Assembly: GCA_016184455.1 (NCBI GenBank)
Contig: JACPCS010000055.1
Coordinates: 1-57,911, forward strand
Direction of reading: 5' to 3'
DNA from: Acidobacteriota bacterium
GTDB lineage: Bacteria; Acidobacteriota; Vicinamibacteria; Vicinamibacterales; UBA2999
DNA length: 57,911 bases
Positions 1 to 9,350 of this stretch are shown piece by piece. Position 1 is the stretch's first letter; the number at the start of each line of letters is the position of its first letter. The position numbers were made by a program, and so were the translations under genes. Under the pieces are notes generated by a model that had not been told where the DNA came from, did not search any database, and was given only the letters and a program-made list of their open reading frames with translations.

Positions 1-79
1 TGCTGTCCCTCGATCGATTCAGGGCGGCTCCGGCACCTGAGGCCCCGGTGCAGCCGACCGCGGCGACTGGAGGAAACCG

Positions 80-935
80 ATGAACGTCAGATACATCATT
101 ATTTCGATCGGTGTGCTGCTGGCCGCGTTCGTCGTCGCGTTCGGCGCGACGTACCGGGTGGGCGAAAGCGAGCAGGTGATCATCACGCAGTTCGGCGATC
201 CGGTGGGCGCTCCCGTGACCGAGCCGGGACTGCATTTCAAGGTGCCCTTCGTGCAGAGAGTCAACACCTTCGAGAAGCGCTTCCTCGAGTGGGACGGCAA
301 TCCCAACCAGGTCCCGACCCGCGACAAGCGGTTCATCTGGGTTGAGACCTATGCCCGCTGGCGGATCGTCGATCCACTACTGTTCTTCCAGCGGCTGCGC
401 GACGAGCGCGGGGCGCAGTCGAGGCTCGACGACATCCTGGACGGCGAGATGAGAAATGCCGTGGCGCGCTACGATCTCATCGAGCTGGTGCGCAGCACCA
501 ACCGCGAGGCCGACGACGTACTGGTGGAGGGGGAGGAGGAAGAGGCGATCTTCAACGTCATCGAGAAGGGACGCGAACAGATCTCGGGCGAGATCCTCGC
601 GCGGGCGTCCACCCGCACGGCCGACCTGGGGATCGAGCTCCTCGACCTGCGCATCAAACGCATCATCTATGTGGACGAGGTCCAGCAAGACGTCTTCGCG
701 CGGATGATTGCCGAGCGCCGGCGGATTGCCGCGCTGTTTCGCTCGGAAGGCGAGGGAGAGGCCGCACGCATCCAGGGTGAACGGGAGCGAGAGCTCGGGT
801 GCCTACGGCCGCGACGCGGACTTTTACGCGTTCACCCGGTCGCTCGAGAGCTACGAGAAGGTGATGGACGCCGAGACGATGTTCATCCTCGGCACCGACA
901 GCGAGTTCCTGAAATACTTGGAGAGAGTGCGGTGA
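80..935 (+). CDS. hflC: SPFH/band-7 membrane protease-modulator, HflC-like. The reading frame shifts near 796-800, so this is a pseudogene or a sequencing indel.
   Basis: N-terminal TM helix then 'ESEQVIITQFGDP...'. The 80-frame ORF continues as 'IQGERERELG' and then nonsense. The 708-frame ORF carries the canonical HflC C-terminus 'AYGRDADFYAFTRSLESYEKVMDAETMFILGTDSEFLKYLE'. Removing one G from the GGG at 796-798 joins the two frames. A GGAGG RBS sits 6 nt before ATG 80. Confidence 0.65.
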
Positions 936-1493
936 GGGCAGGGGGATGCGTGAGCGTCCCCCCGGCTCCCGGTACGGATCAGCACGCGTGACGTATCGCA
1001 ATCGGTACAAGAACGCGTTCGCGCAGATCGAGGTGCAGCTTCACGCGGCGCCACAATCTCATTCCCAACCGATCTTCGTCACGGAAACGGCGTATGAGGC
1101 GAGTTGTTGGTTCTCACGCTAATCCGCCGAGGGTTATTCACGCGATTCCGATAAGCCAATCAGCCTGATTCTCAGATTGGCTCGTCAGCTGCGGTCGGGC
1201 ATCGAGAGGAGCGGCGCGCCGGTCGGCTGGCGCCGACGCGGTCGCGCGTGAGGTCCGGCACGAACGGGCTGACGATGGTCAGCCCCTTCGACGTGGTGCA
1301 ACGAGACGGCGTGGGTCAGGCTACTTCCGGTAAGGCCGCTTGGACATGGTCAGCCGTTGCGAGCTTGGCCCGCGCAAGCGCCGCAGCGATCAAGGTGTGA
1401 TGCGCGAAGAGATTGATTTTGCGCGGCAGACCGGAGGTCGCTTGGAAGAGCGCTTCTTCGGCGGCGGGCTCAAAGAGCGCGTGTTCGGCGCGC

Positions 1494-1660
1494 GGCGATG
1501 TGGTCGCCGTGGGATTCGAGCATCGCGCGGAAGCCGAACGCTTCCTTGTCGAACTGCGCGACCGCTTCGCGCGGTTCGGGCTGGCGCTGCATCCCGACAA
1601 GACGCGCCTCATCGAGTTTGGCCGCGCTGGAGGGGGTGGTCAGCGATGGTCATCCCTACT
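1494..1660 (+). pseudogene. Degraded reverse-transcriptase fragment (group II intron / retron-type RT, region after YADD)
   Basis: Translation 'GDVVAVGFEHRAEAERFLVELRDRFARFGLALHPDKTRLIEFGR' matches the conserved RT segment '(Y)ADDFVvGF...A..f...L..rL..fgL.Lh.eKTrli.F'. It has no proper start, its upstream part is frame-broken, and it lies in a 720-bp non-coding gap. Confidence 0.45.
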
Positions 1661-1709
1661 CCGACTCGGTTCGGCGCGATCATATAATGCGCGCGCACAC
1701 GAGGTGTCC

Positions 1710-2750
1710 ATGATCCGACGTGCCGCCGGCTCGCTTCTCATCGTCATCGCGTCCGCGGCGCCGCTGGCCGCGCAGACGACGATCTTCACCACGAAGGATT
1801 ACCGCCAGGACCGCGACCGCTGGACCGATCCGGCGTATTACCTCTTCAACACGGCGCGCGAGCTGACCGACATGCAGGTCGAGAACCGCTTCGGGCAGAA
1901 AGGGTCCGGCGCCGACACGTACGACATCCGCAGCCCGTATCCGTTCAAGACGTCATCGGAGCACTACCAGGCGTGGCTGAAAAAGGCGAACGGCGGAACG
2001 AAGCACACCTTCGCGACGCTGCCCGACTGGGACGGCATCTGGAACGCCGGCCGCACGTGGCTCGACAGCAACGACATCCAGGCGAGCACCGTGGCGGCCG
2101 CGCTCACGCCGCCGTACCGCGAGTACTACGTGCAGCAGGTGAAGGCGGAGGCGGAGGGGCGGCACTGGTGGGCCGCGGCGTTCTGCCTGCCGGACGGGTT
2201 CATCCGCGCCATCTCGCGCGGCCCGCAGCAGTTCGTCATCCGGCCGCGCCAGGTACTGATGATCACGGACCAACTCGTCGCGACGCAGGTGCGGTGGATC
2301 GATACCGACGGCCGGGGCCACCGGCCGGAGCGCGAGCAGTTTGCGCAGTGGATGGGCGAGTCGATCGGGTTCTGGGACGGCCACGCGCTCGTCATCCACA
2401 CCAACCAGATCCGCCAGTGGAACGCGACGCACTCACTCTTCGAGTGGAGCGATCAGCTGACGGCGGTGGAGCGCTACGAGCGCGTGGGCGGCGAGATCGT
2501 CGGCGAGCTCACGCTGTACGATCCCGTCGCCTTCCTGTATCCGCTCCACGCGAAGCTGCGGTTCACGCGTGAGAAGGTGCTCGACCGGATGGTCTACAGC
2601 ACCTGCTCGGACACGAACGGACCCTCGCCGAAGGTGTTCGCGGGTCCGGACGGCCGCATCAACGAGCGGCTGCCCGGCGACCCGCTGTACTGGGATCCCA
2701 CGGATCCGCGCCCGTGGGCGAAGCACTACGCGATCGGCGAGCAGCGCTGA
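1710..2750 (+). CDS. Secreted hypothetical protein, a divergent member of the paralog family at 3034-4913
   Basis: Signal peptide 'MIRRAAGSLLIVIASAAPLAAQ'. The C-terminal half aligns by eye with the tandem paralogs ('CLPDG...QFVIRPRQVLMITDQ...WMGESIGFWDGHALVIHTNQ...VERYERV...LTLYDPVAF' versus 'CMPDT...FQVVQTADRVVIIGEQ...MGDSRGRWEGNTLVVDVTN...VERWTMF...VTITDPTVF'). Confidence 0.6.
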   Translation: MIRRAAGSLLIVIASAAPLAAQTTIFTTKDYRQDRDRWTDPAYYLFNTARELTDMQVENRFGQKGSGADTYDIRSPYPFKTSSEHYQAWLKKANGGTKHTFATLPDWDGIWNAGRTWLDSNDIQASTVAAALTPPYREYYVQQVKAEAEGRHWWAAAFCLPDGFIRAISRGPQQFVIRPRQVLMITDQLVATQVRWIDTDGRGHRPEREQFAQWMGESIGFWDGHALVIHTNQIRQWNATHSLFEWSDQLTAVERYERVGGEIVGELTLYDPVAFLYPLHAKLRFTREKVLDRMVYSTCSDTNGPSPKVFAGPDGRINERLPGDPLYWDPTDPRPWAKHYAIGEQR

Positions 2751-2993
2751 TCAGAACATCCAGCGCAGCCCGATCTGCATCTGCCGCGCCGGCGTGCGCG
2801 TGCGCGTGATGCGGCCCGCGTTCGGGTTCGGCTGCCCGTCGATGAAGGCGACCATGTCGGGCGTGCCGAAATTGGCGCGGTCGAACCCGCTGATCGTGCC
2901 GGTCGTCAGCTGGGCGAAGGCCGCTGGATGCACCAGCAGCAGGGCCAGGAGGACGAACCCGAAAGCGCGTGTGGGTCTCATCGGTCCTCTCAT
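2751..2993 (-). CDS. Small hypothetical secreted protein (80 aa); may be spurious
   Basis: Signal-peptide-like N-terminus 'AFGFVLLALLLVHPAAFAQ'. It ends in an alternating-hydrophobic, F-terminal motif 'QIGLRWMF'. It sits in a 284-bp gap between plus-strand genes. Confidence 0.3.
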   Translation of the reverse strand: MRGPMRPTRAFGFVLLALLLVHPAAFAQLTTGTISGFDRANFGTPDMVAFIDGQPNPNAGRITRTRTPARQMQIGLRWMF

Positions 2994-3033
2994 GTGATGA
3001 ATCGGCGTAGAATCAGCACACGCGGAGGGAGGC

Positions 3034-3981
3034 GTGATCGTGACGCATCAGGTGGCGCGCTGGCTGGTACTGCCGCTGCCGTTCGTGGCGCTGCTGCTGG
3101 TGATCGGGCTCGAGACGCCCGCCTTCGGCCAGCGCCCGTACTATGCGACACCGCCGCCGGGCTCCGGCCCGACGCCGATGCAGCCGTACGGCGAGTCGGG
3201 CGGCTGCTCGGAAGAGCCGGCGGTCCTGCACCGCTGCGCGCTGGAGAAGGCGAAGACGTTCACGCCGCCGCGGACGCCGGACGGCGCGCCGGACTTGCAG
3301 GGCTACTGGGTGCGCATCGGCGCGCGCGACGCCGACAATATCGAAGAGCACCCCGAAGGGTTCGACGGCCCCGGTGGCAGGAGTCTGATCATCGACCCGC
3401 CGGACGGCAGGATTCCGTACCAGCCGTGGGCCAGGGCGAAGGTGGAGACCCACTGGGCCACGTACTGGAATCCGGGGCAGCAGTGCATGCCCGACACCCC
3501 GCCGCGGCAGGCGTACACGGCCGGCACCTTCCAGGTCGTGCAGACCGCCGACCGTGTCGTCATCATCGGGGAGCAGTACGGCACCTACCGTGTGATCCCG
3601 GCCGGCTCGCGGCCCCACGTCGGACGCAACATCCGCCTCCACATGGGCGACTCGCGCGGGCGTTGGGAGGGCAACACGCTCGTGGTCGACGTCACGAATC
3701 TGAAAGACCGCGTGTGGCTCGATCACGTCGGCAACACCTTCAGCGAGTCGGCGCACCTCGTCGAACGCTGGACGATGTTCCACGAGAACGCGATTCATTA
3801 CGAGGTGACGATCACCGATCCCACGGTCTTTACCCGGCCCTGGACGATGGCGTTCGGGTGGCGGCGCAACGCGACGCCTGACTTTCAGTTGATGGAGACC
3901 GGGTGCTGGGAGGGCATTCAGACGTGGCTCCAGCTGCTCGGGCATCAGTTGCGGGTGTACCGCGGGGGCTTCGCGCCATGA
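3034..3981 (+). CDS. Secreted hypothetical protein, tandem paralog 1
   Basis: GGAGGGAGG RBS then a GTG start. Signal peptide followed by 'FGQRPYYATPPPGSGPTPMQPYGESGGCSEEPAVLHRC...'. It is about 75% identical by eye to the next gene. Confidence 0.6.
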   Translation: MIVTHQVARWLVLPLPFVALLLVIGLETPAFGQRPYYATPPPGSGPTPMQPYGESGGCSEEPAVLHRCALEKAKTFTPPRTPDGAPDLQGYWVRIGARDADNIEEHPEGFDGPGGRSLIIDPPDGRIPYQPWARAKVETHWATYWNPGQQCMPDTPPRQAYTAGTFQVVQTADRVVIIGEQYGTYRVIPAGSRPHVGRNIRLHMGDSRGRWEGNTLVVDVTNLKDRVWLDHVGNTFSESAHLVERWTMFHENAIHYEVTITDPTVFTRPWTMAFGWRRNATPDFQLMETGCWEGIQTWLQLLGHQLRVYRGGFAP

Positions 3982-4913
3982 GTCTTCACGCGTTCCGGCG
4001 GGTCCTGCCGCTGATGACCGTGACGCTCACCGTGTTGGCGCTCGAGGCGCCCACCTTCGGCCAGCGTCCCTACTACGCGACGCCGCCGCCAGGATCGGGC
4101 CCGACTCCGATGCGGCCGTACGGTGAATCGGGCGGCTGCTCGGAGGAGCCGGCCGTGCTGCACCGCTGCGGGCTCGAGAAAGCGAAGACGTTCACCCCGC
4201 CGCCCACGCCCGACGGTGTGCCGAACTTCCAGGGCTACTGGTTCCGCATCGGCGCGCGCAACGCCGAAAACGTCGAAGAGCATCCCGAGGGTCATGACGG
4301 ATCGGGCGGCAAGAGCCTGATCGTGGACCCGCCCGACGGCCGGATCCCGTACCAGCCGTGGGCCAAGGCACGCGTCGACACCCACTGGGCGACGTACTGG
4401 AATCCTGTTCAGCAGTGCATCGCCGATACGCCGCCTCGGCAGGCGTACAGCGCCGGCGCCCTGCAGATCGTCCAGACGCCCGGCTACGTGTTCTTCATGA
4501 CCGAGCAGCTCCGCACCTCCCGTGTCATTCCGACCACGCCCCGGCCGCACGTCGGGTCGAACATCCACCTCTTCATGGGCGACTCCCGCGCGCGCTGGGA
4601 AGGGAACACCCTGGTCGTCGATGTCACCAATGTGAAGGACCGCGTCTGGCTCGACCATGTGGGCAACACGTTCAGTGAGTCGGCTCATCTCGTCGAGCGC
4701 TGGACGATGTTCCACTCGGACGTGATTCACTACCAGGTGACGATCACCGATCCGACCGTCTTCGCGCGGCCATGGACGATGGCGTTCGGGTGGCGGCGCA
4801 ACACGGAACCCGGGTTTCAGCTGCTCGAGAGCGCGTGCTGGGAAGGGGTGCAGGACAGCCAGCGCCGGCTCAAGAATGAATTGAAGGTGTACACCGGCGG
4901 GTTCAGGCGGTAA
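3978..4913 (+). CDS. Secreted hypothetical protein, tandem paralog 2
   Basis: ATG 3978 overlaps the upstream TGA 3979-3981 (ATGA coupling). Signal peptide 'MSLHAFRRVLPLMTVTLTVLALEAPTFGQ'. The same conserved blocks follow ('WEGNTLVVDVTNVKDRVWLDHVGNTFSESAHLVERWTMFH'). Confidence 0.6.
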   Translation: MSLHAFRRVLPLMTVTLTVLALEAPTFGQRPYYATPPPGSGPTPMRPYGESGGCSEEPAVLHRCGLEKAKTFTPPPTPDGVPNFQGYWFRIGARNAENVEEHPEGHDGSGGKSLIVDPPDGRIPYQPWAKARVDTHWATYWNPVQQCIADTPPRQAYSAGALQIVQTPGYVFFMTEQLRTSRVIPTTPRPHVGSNIHLFMGDSRARWEGNTLVVDVTNVKDRVWLDHVGNTFSESAHLVERWTMFHSDVIHYQVTITDPTVFARPWTMAFGWRRNTEPGFQLLESACWEGVQDSQRRLKNELKVYTGGFRR

Positions 4914-4946
4914 GGCACCCTGAAGGCACCCTCGTGCGCCAAGTCC

Positions 4947-5008
4947 GCGCGACGCCACCCCACCGCGCAGGCATGCGCGGTGGGGCCCCCGCGCTGGGGA
5001 CCCCGCGT
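4947..5008. repeat. GC-rich ~60-bp palindromic repeat, copy 1 (the second copy is at 43081-43140)
   Basis: 'gcgcgacgccaccccaccgcgcaggcatgcgcggtggggcccccgcgctggggaccccgcg' contains a perfect 10-bp stem CCACCGCGCA/TGCGCGGTGG. It is nearly identical to 43081-43140. Confidence 0.55.
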
Positions 5009-5037
5009 GGAGTTGCCGATATCATAGTTGTCGCGCC

Positions 5038-6576
5038 ATGATGCGGACCGCGGGTTTCCTCACACTCACGCTGGCGGCGCTTCTCGCCCTTCCCGGCAGT
5101 CCGGCAACGGCCCCCGTGCGGGCGCAGTCGACGGGCGGCGCCGACGACCTCATTGCGGCCGAGCTCGCGTCCGCGCACGTGCGGGCGCGCCGCGACGATG
5201 ACATGGTGGCGCTCGCGGGCTCGCGCCCGGGCTCCACCTTCTGGCGGCACATCTTCACCATCCCCGATGGCCACATTGCGTTTGGCAGCGCGCTCGACGG
5301 CCGCCTCCTGGCCGTGTTTCCCACGAAGGGCGACTGGACGCGCGACGCCGAGTGGGCGGATCCCACACTGGCGAAGGTCATGGCGGGACGCCGGCTGCCC
5401 CGGCGTCTCGACGATCGGCGCGACCTGGTCGCCGAGCTGCTCGAAAGGGTGGCCGGGCCGGTGGTCCACAATCCGACGCGCGGCCTGTTCGTGCTGCCCA
5501 ACGCGCGCCGCTACGGACGCTTTCTGCAGGAGTGGGGCGCCATCTACGAGCGATTTGGCGTACCGGCCGAGGTCGGGCTCGCGCAGGCGATCGTCGAATC
5601 GGGCCTGAATCCGACTCGGCGATCCTCGGCGCGCGCCGTCGGCTTCTGCCAGTGGCTGCTCGGCAACTGGCGCCGCCTCGATCGGCTCACGCCCGACGTG
5701 CTCGAGGCCTACAACCAGACGACGCAGGCGGCGTACTGCGCGGCGTATCTCACGATTCTGGCCACGAAGTACGGCTCGTTCATCCCGGCGCTTTCCGAGC
5801 ATCACAGCGGCGGCACCAATATCGGCCGCACGCTCATCAACGGCGAGCGCCTCGGCGGCGAGGACGTGCGCGAGCGCTACTTCCTCGGGTCGCAGCTGGC
5901 GCGCGACCTGCGCCAGATCTCGCTCTACGGGTATCGCGAGCTCTATCGTACCTACGGACCGCGGTCGTACTACTACTCGGAGATGGTGTTCGCGAATACG
6001 GCCACGGTCGAGGCGCTCACGGAATCGACCCCGCAGGCCACGATCTACGCGATGCGGACGCCGCGGGCGATCAGGCTCTCCGAGATCACCCAGCGCACGA
6101 AGCTCTCAGCCGACGAGGTCAAGCGCTACAACCCGGCGCTCCGCACGCGCGTGCCGGCGGCGGCCACGCTGTATCTGCCGATGTACGTCGAGCAGTTCGG
6201 CCGAGACGTCTCCTTCTGGCATCGTCCGCCGAACCCGGCGTTCACGCGCGTCCTTCATGAGTTCCTGCGGCTCGATTCTGAGACCGATCGCTGGGAGGAC
6301 CGCGCCTTCGAGCCGGTGCTGCGGAGATTCGAGAGCCGCTTCCGCGAGACGAACAGCGAAGAGGGTCGCATCATGGCCACGGTGCTGGCCTATGCGAGCG
6401 AGGAAGCCTATCTGAGCCGGCGCGGAGCGATTCTCGCCGAGTTCCGGACGAGCGCCGATATCCAGCGTCTCTTCGACCGCGCCGTCCTCGCCCGCGGCGC
6501 GAGCGAGCCTGCCCGCGCCTCGCTGGGAGACCCGTCGCTGCCCGATTCCGATCCCGACGACACCGCGTCGCGGTGA
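5038..6576 (+). CDS. Secreted protein with a lytic-transglycosylase (SLT)-like domain
   Basis: Signal peptide 'LTLTLAALLALPGSPATAPVRAQ'. 'GLAQAIVESGLNP...SSARAVGFCQWLLGNW' resembles the SLT catalytic E-S / GLMQ motif region. Confidence 0.5.
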   Translation: MMRTAGFLTLTLAALLALPGSPATAPVRAQSTGGADDLIAAELASAHVRARRDDDMVALAGSRPGSTFWRHIFTIPDGHIAFGSALDGRLLAVFPTKGDWTRDAEWADPTLAKVMAGRRLPRRLDDRRDLVAELLERVAGPVVHNPTRGLFVLPNARRYGRFLQEWGAIYERFGVPAEVGLAQAIVESGLNPTRRSSARAVGFCQWLLGNWRRLDRLTPDVLEAYNQTTQAAYCAAYLTILATKYGSFIPALSEHHSGGTNIGRTLINGERLGGEDVRERYFLGSQLARDLRQISLYGYRELYRTYGPRSYYYSEMVFANTATVEALTESTPQATIYAMRTPRAIRLSEITQRTKLSADEVKRYNPALRTRVPAAATLYLPMYVEQFGRDVSFWHRPPNPAFTRVLHEFLRLDSETDRWEDRAFEPVLRRFESRFRETNSEEGRIMATVLAYASEEAYLSRRGAILAEFRTSADIQRLFDRAVLARGASEPARASLGDPSLPDSDPDDTASR

Positions 6577-6606
6577 GCCCGCTGTCGCGGTGCGCACCGA
6601 CTCGGT

Positions 6607-9315
6607 TCAGACCAACTCCCCGAACCACCCCCGCCGCGCCATCCATTTCACCCCTTCGACGACCGGCACGATCGTGAACGCGAGCGCCGCGCTGAGCAGC
6701 CAGTCCGCCGCGGTGAGCGGGAAGGTGCCGAAGGCGCGCTGGAAGAGCGGCGTGTACACGATGACCGCGAGCAGCAGCAGCTCCCACCCGATCGCGGTGT
6801 TCAGCCACCGGTTCGCCAGCGGACGCGAGACGACCGGCAGCCGGTCGGAGCGGCAGTTGTAGGCGTTGAAGAACTGGATGAGCACGAGCGTCACGAACGT
6901 GATCGCCATCACTTCGGCGATCGGCCGCCCTGTCTGGACCAGCCACGTGAAGAGCGACATGTTCACGAGCGCCGACCAGAGCCCGGCGACGAGCAGGATC
7001 GCGACCACCGGCCTCGTAAACACGCCCACGCGCGGGTCGCGCGGCTTGCGCCGCATCAGGTCGCGTTCCGGCGGGTCGACTGCGAGCGCCAGCGCGGGCA
7101 GCCCGTCGGTCGCGAGGTTCACGTAGAGAATCTGCACGGCGGTGAGCGGCAACGGCAGGCCCGCAATCACCGCACCCGCCAGCAGCACGATCTCCCCGAC
7201 GTTGCACGACAGCAGGTACATCAAATACTTCTTGATGTTCCCGAAGACGATGCGCCCTTCCTCGACGGCGGCGACGATGGTCGCGAAGTTGTCGTCGAGC
7301 AGCGTCATGCCGGCCGCTTCCTTGCTCACGTCGGTGCCGGCGATCCCCATCGCAATCCCGACGTCGGCCTTCTTGAGCGCGGGCGCGTCGTTGACACCGT
7401 CGCCCGTCATCGCCACCACCTCGCCCCGGCCCTGCCAGGCATCGACGACCCGCAGCTTGTGCGCGGGCGACACGCGGGCATAGACGCCGATACCGGCGAC
7501 GTTGCGCGCGAGCTCGGCGTCGGTCATCGCGTCGAGATCGCGGCCTGTGACCACCCGGTGGCTGTCGACCAGCCCGAGCTCCCGCGCAACCGTTCGCGCC
7601 GTGAGCGGATGATCCCCCGTGATCATGACGGGACGGATGCCCGCGCCCTCGCACGTCTCGACCGCCGCCTTCGCCTCCGGGCGCGGCGGGTCCATCATGG
7701 CGACCAGGCCGAGGAGCGTCATGTCGCGTTCGGCGTCCTCCAGCGTGGCGCCGTCCTTCCGCGCCACGGCGAGCACACGCAGACCGTCCTCCGCCATCTG
7801 CTGTTCGACTGCGCGGATCGCGTCGCGGTCCCCGTCGGCGATCGGCGAGTCGCCTCCGGCGCGCCGCAGCCGCGTGCACGAGGGGAGCAGCTCGTCGGCC
7901 GCCCCTTTCGAGTAGGCGGCGACGACACCGGTCGATCTCCTGTGCAGCGTCGTCATCCGCCGCCGCTCTGAGGTGAACGGGATTTCCGCCGTACGCGGCT
8001 CCTGTTCGTCGAGCGCTTCAGGGTGGAGCCCCGCCTTGCGTGCGGCGACGACGAGCGCCCCTTCCGTCGGGTCGCCTTCCACCTGCCAGCGGCCGTCGCG
8101 AACGACGAGCCGCGCGTCGGATGCGAGCGCCGCGGCAGCCAGGAGCGCACGCACGTCGTCCGGCGGCTCGGACGCGCGCCCGTCGCGGAGGATCTGCCCC
8201 GCCGGCTCGTAGCCGACGCCGGTCAGCTCGAACAGGCGGCCGCCGGCGAACACCTGCCGGACGGTCATCTCGTTGCGCGTGAGCGTTCCGGTCTTGTCGG
8301 AGCAGATCACAGACGTGCTGCCGAGCGTCTCGACGATCGGCAGCCGCCGGACGAGCGCGTGGCGCCTCACCATGCGGCGCACGCCGATCGCGAGCGAAAT
8401 CGTGACGACCGCCGGCAGCGCCTCCGGCACGACGGCGACCGCCAGCGCGATGCCGAACAGGAACATCTCGACGACCGGCAGCCCGCGCCCGAGACCGATG
8501 GCGACGACGAGCGCCACCACGACGAGCGCCGCTTTGCCGAGCGTCGCGCCGAGCCGATCGAGGTTCTCCTGGAGCGGCGTACGGCTGACCTCGACCGTTT
8601 CGACCATCTGCGCAATGCGGCCGAATTCGGTGGCCATCCCGGTCGCCACCACGACCGCCTGTCCGCGGCCGTGCACGACCATCGTACCGGCGTAGGTGAG
8701 GTTCACCCGGTCTCCTACGGCGAGCTGCTCGTCGTTGAGCGGCGCCGTCGTCTTCTCCACCGCGGCCGACTCGCCTGTGAGCGCCGCCTCGTCGATCGCC
8801 AGATTCACCGCGTGGACCACGCGCGCGTCCGCCGGGACGCGGTCGCCGGCGCGCAGCACGACGAGATCGCCGGGCACCAGCTCGCGCGCCGGCGCCACCA
8901 GCTCCTCCCCATCGCGTATCACGTGGGCGACCGGGGCGGCCATGCGCTTCAGCGCCTCGAGCGCGCGACCCGCGCGATGCTCCTGGATGAAGCCGAGGAG
9001 GACCGCGAACAGCACGATGATGGTGATGACGATCGCTTCGAGCGTATGGCCGAGAAAGCCGGAGACGAACGTGCCGCCGAGCAGGATCAGGATGAGGACG
9101 TTCTCGAACTGCGCGAGGAAGATGCGCCACGGCGACTCGCGCGTGGCGGCCTGCAGCTCGTTCGGGCCATGGGCGAGCAGACGCCGGCCGGCCTCCTCAG
9201 CCGTCAACCCGTGCGGGCCGGTGCCGAGCGCACCGCATGTCTGCTCGACCGACCGCGTGTGCCAGATGTGATCGGCCACACCCAGACCATAGCGGCCGCG
9301 ACGCACCAAGAACAA
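6607..9315 (-). CDS. P-type cation-transporting ATPase (Ca2+/Mg2+-type P2/P3 family)
   Basis: Phosphorylation motif 'CSDKTGTLT', hinge 'GDGVNDAPALKKADVGIAMG', 'TGES', and 10 predicted TM segments over 902 aa. Confidence 0.9.
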   Translation of the reverse strand: MFLVRRGRYGLGVADHIWHTRSVEQTCGALGTGPHGLTAEEAGRRLLAHGPNELQAATRESPWRIFLAQFENVLILILLGGTFVSGFLGHTLEAIVITIIVLFAVLLGFIQEHRAGRALEALKRMAAPVAHVIRDGEELVAPARELVPGDLVVLRAGDRVPADARVVHAVNLAIDEAALTGESAAVEKTTAPLNDEQLAVGDRVNLTYAGTMVVHGRGQAVVVATGMATEFGRIAQMVETVEVSRTPLQENLDRLGATLGKAALVVVALVVAIGLGRGLPVVEMFLFGIALAVAVVPEALPAVVTISLAIGVRRMVRRHALVRRLPIVETLGSTSVICSDKTGTLTRNEMTVRQVFAGGRLFELTGVGYEPAGQILRDGRASEPPDDVRALLAAAALASDARLVVRDGRWQVEGDPTEGALVVAARKAGLHPEALDEQEPRTAEIPFTSERRRMTTLHRRSTGVVAAYSKGAADELLPSCTRLRRAGGDSPIADGDRDAIRAVEQQMAEDGLRVLAVARKDGATLEDAERDMTLLGLVAMMDPPRPEAKAAVETCEGAGIRPVMITGDHPLTARTVARELGLVDSHRVVTGRDLDAMTDAELARNVAGIGVYARVSPAHKLRVVDAWQGRGEVVAMTGDGVNDAPALKKADVGIAMGIAGTDVSKEAAGMTLLDDNFATIVAAVEEGRIVFGNIKKYLMYLLSCNVGEIVLLAGAVIAGLPLPLTAVQILYVNLATDGLPALALAVDPPERDLMRRKPRDPRVGVFTRPVVAILLVAGLWSALVNMSLFTWLVQTGRPIAEVMAITFVTLVLIQFFNAYNCRSDRLPVVSRPLANRWLNTAIGWELLLLAVIVYTPLFQRAFGTFPLTAADWLLSAALAFTIVPVVEGVKWMARRGWFGELV

Positions 9316-9350
9316 TTAGATAGTTGTAAGCTCACCGTTAGGTTTTCTTT

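Noticed and set aside
3013-4958. Long minus-strand ORFs 3013-3945 and 3945-4958, antisense to the tandem paralogs
   Set aside because: GC-rich shadow ORFs. The plus-strand genes have signal peptides, RBSs, ATGA coupling and paralog conservation. The minus-strand translations are Arg/Pro/Ala-rich low complexity.
4903-5805. Minus-strand ORF antisense to the SLT-like gene
   Set aside because: Arg/Ala-rich composition and no motifs. The sense ORF has a signal peptide and an SLT-like block.
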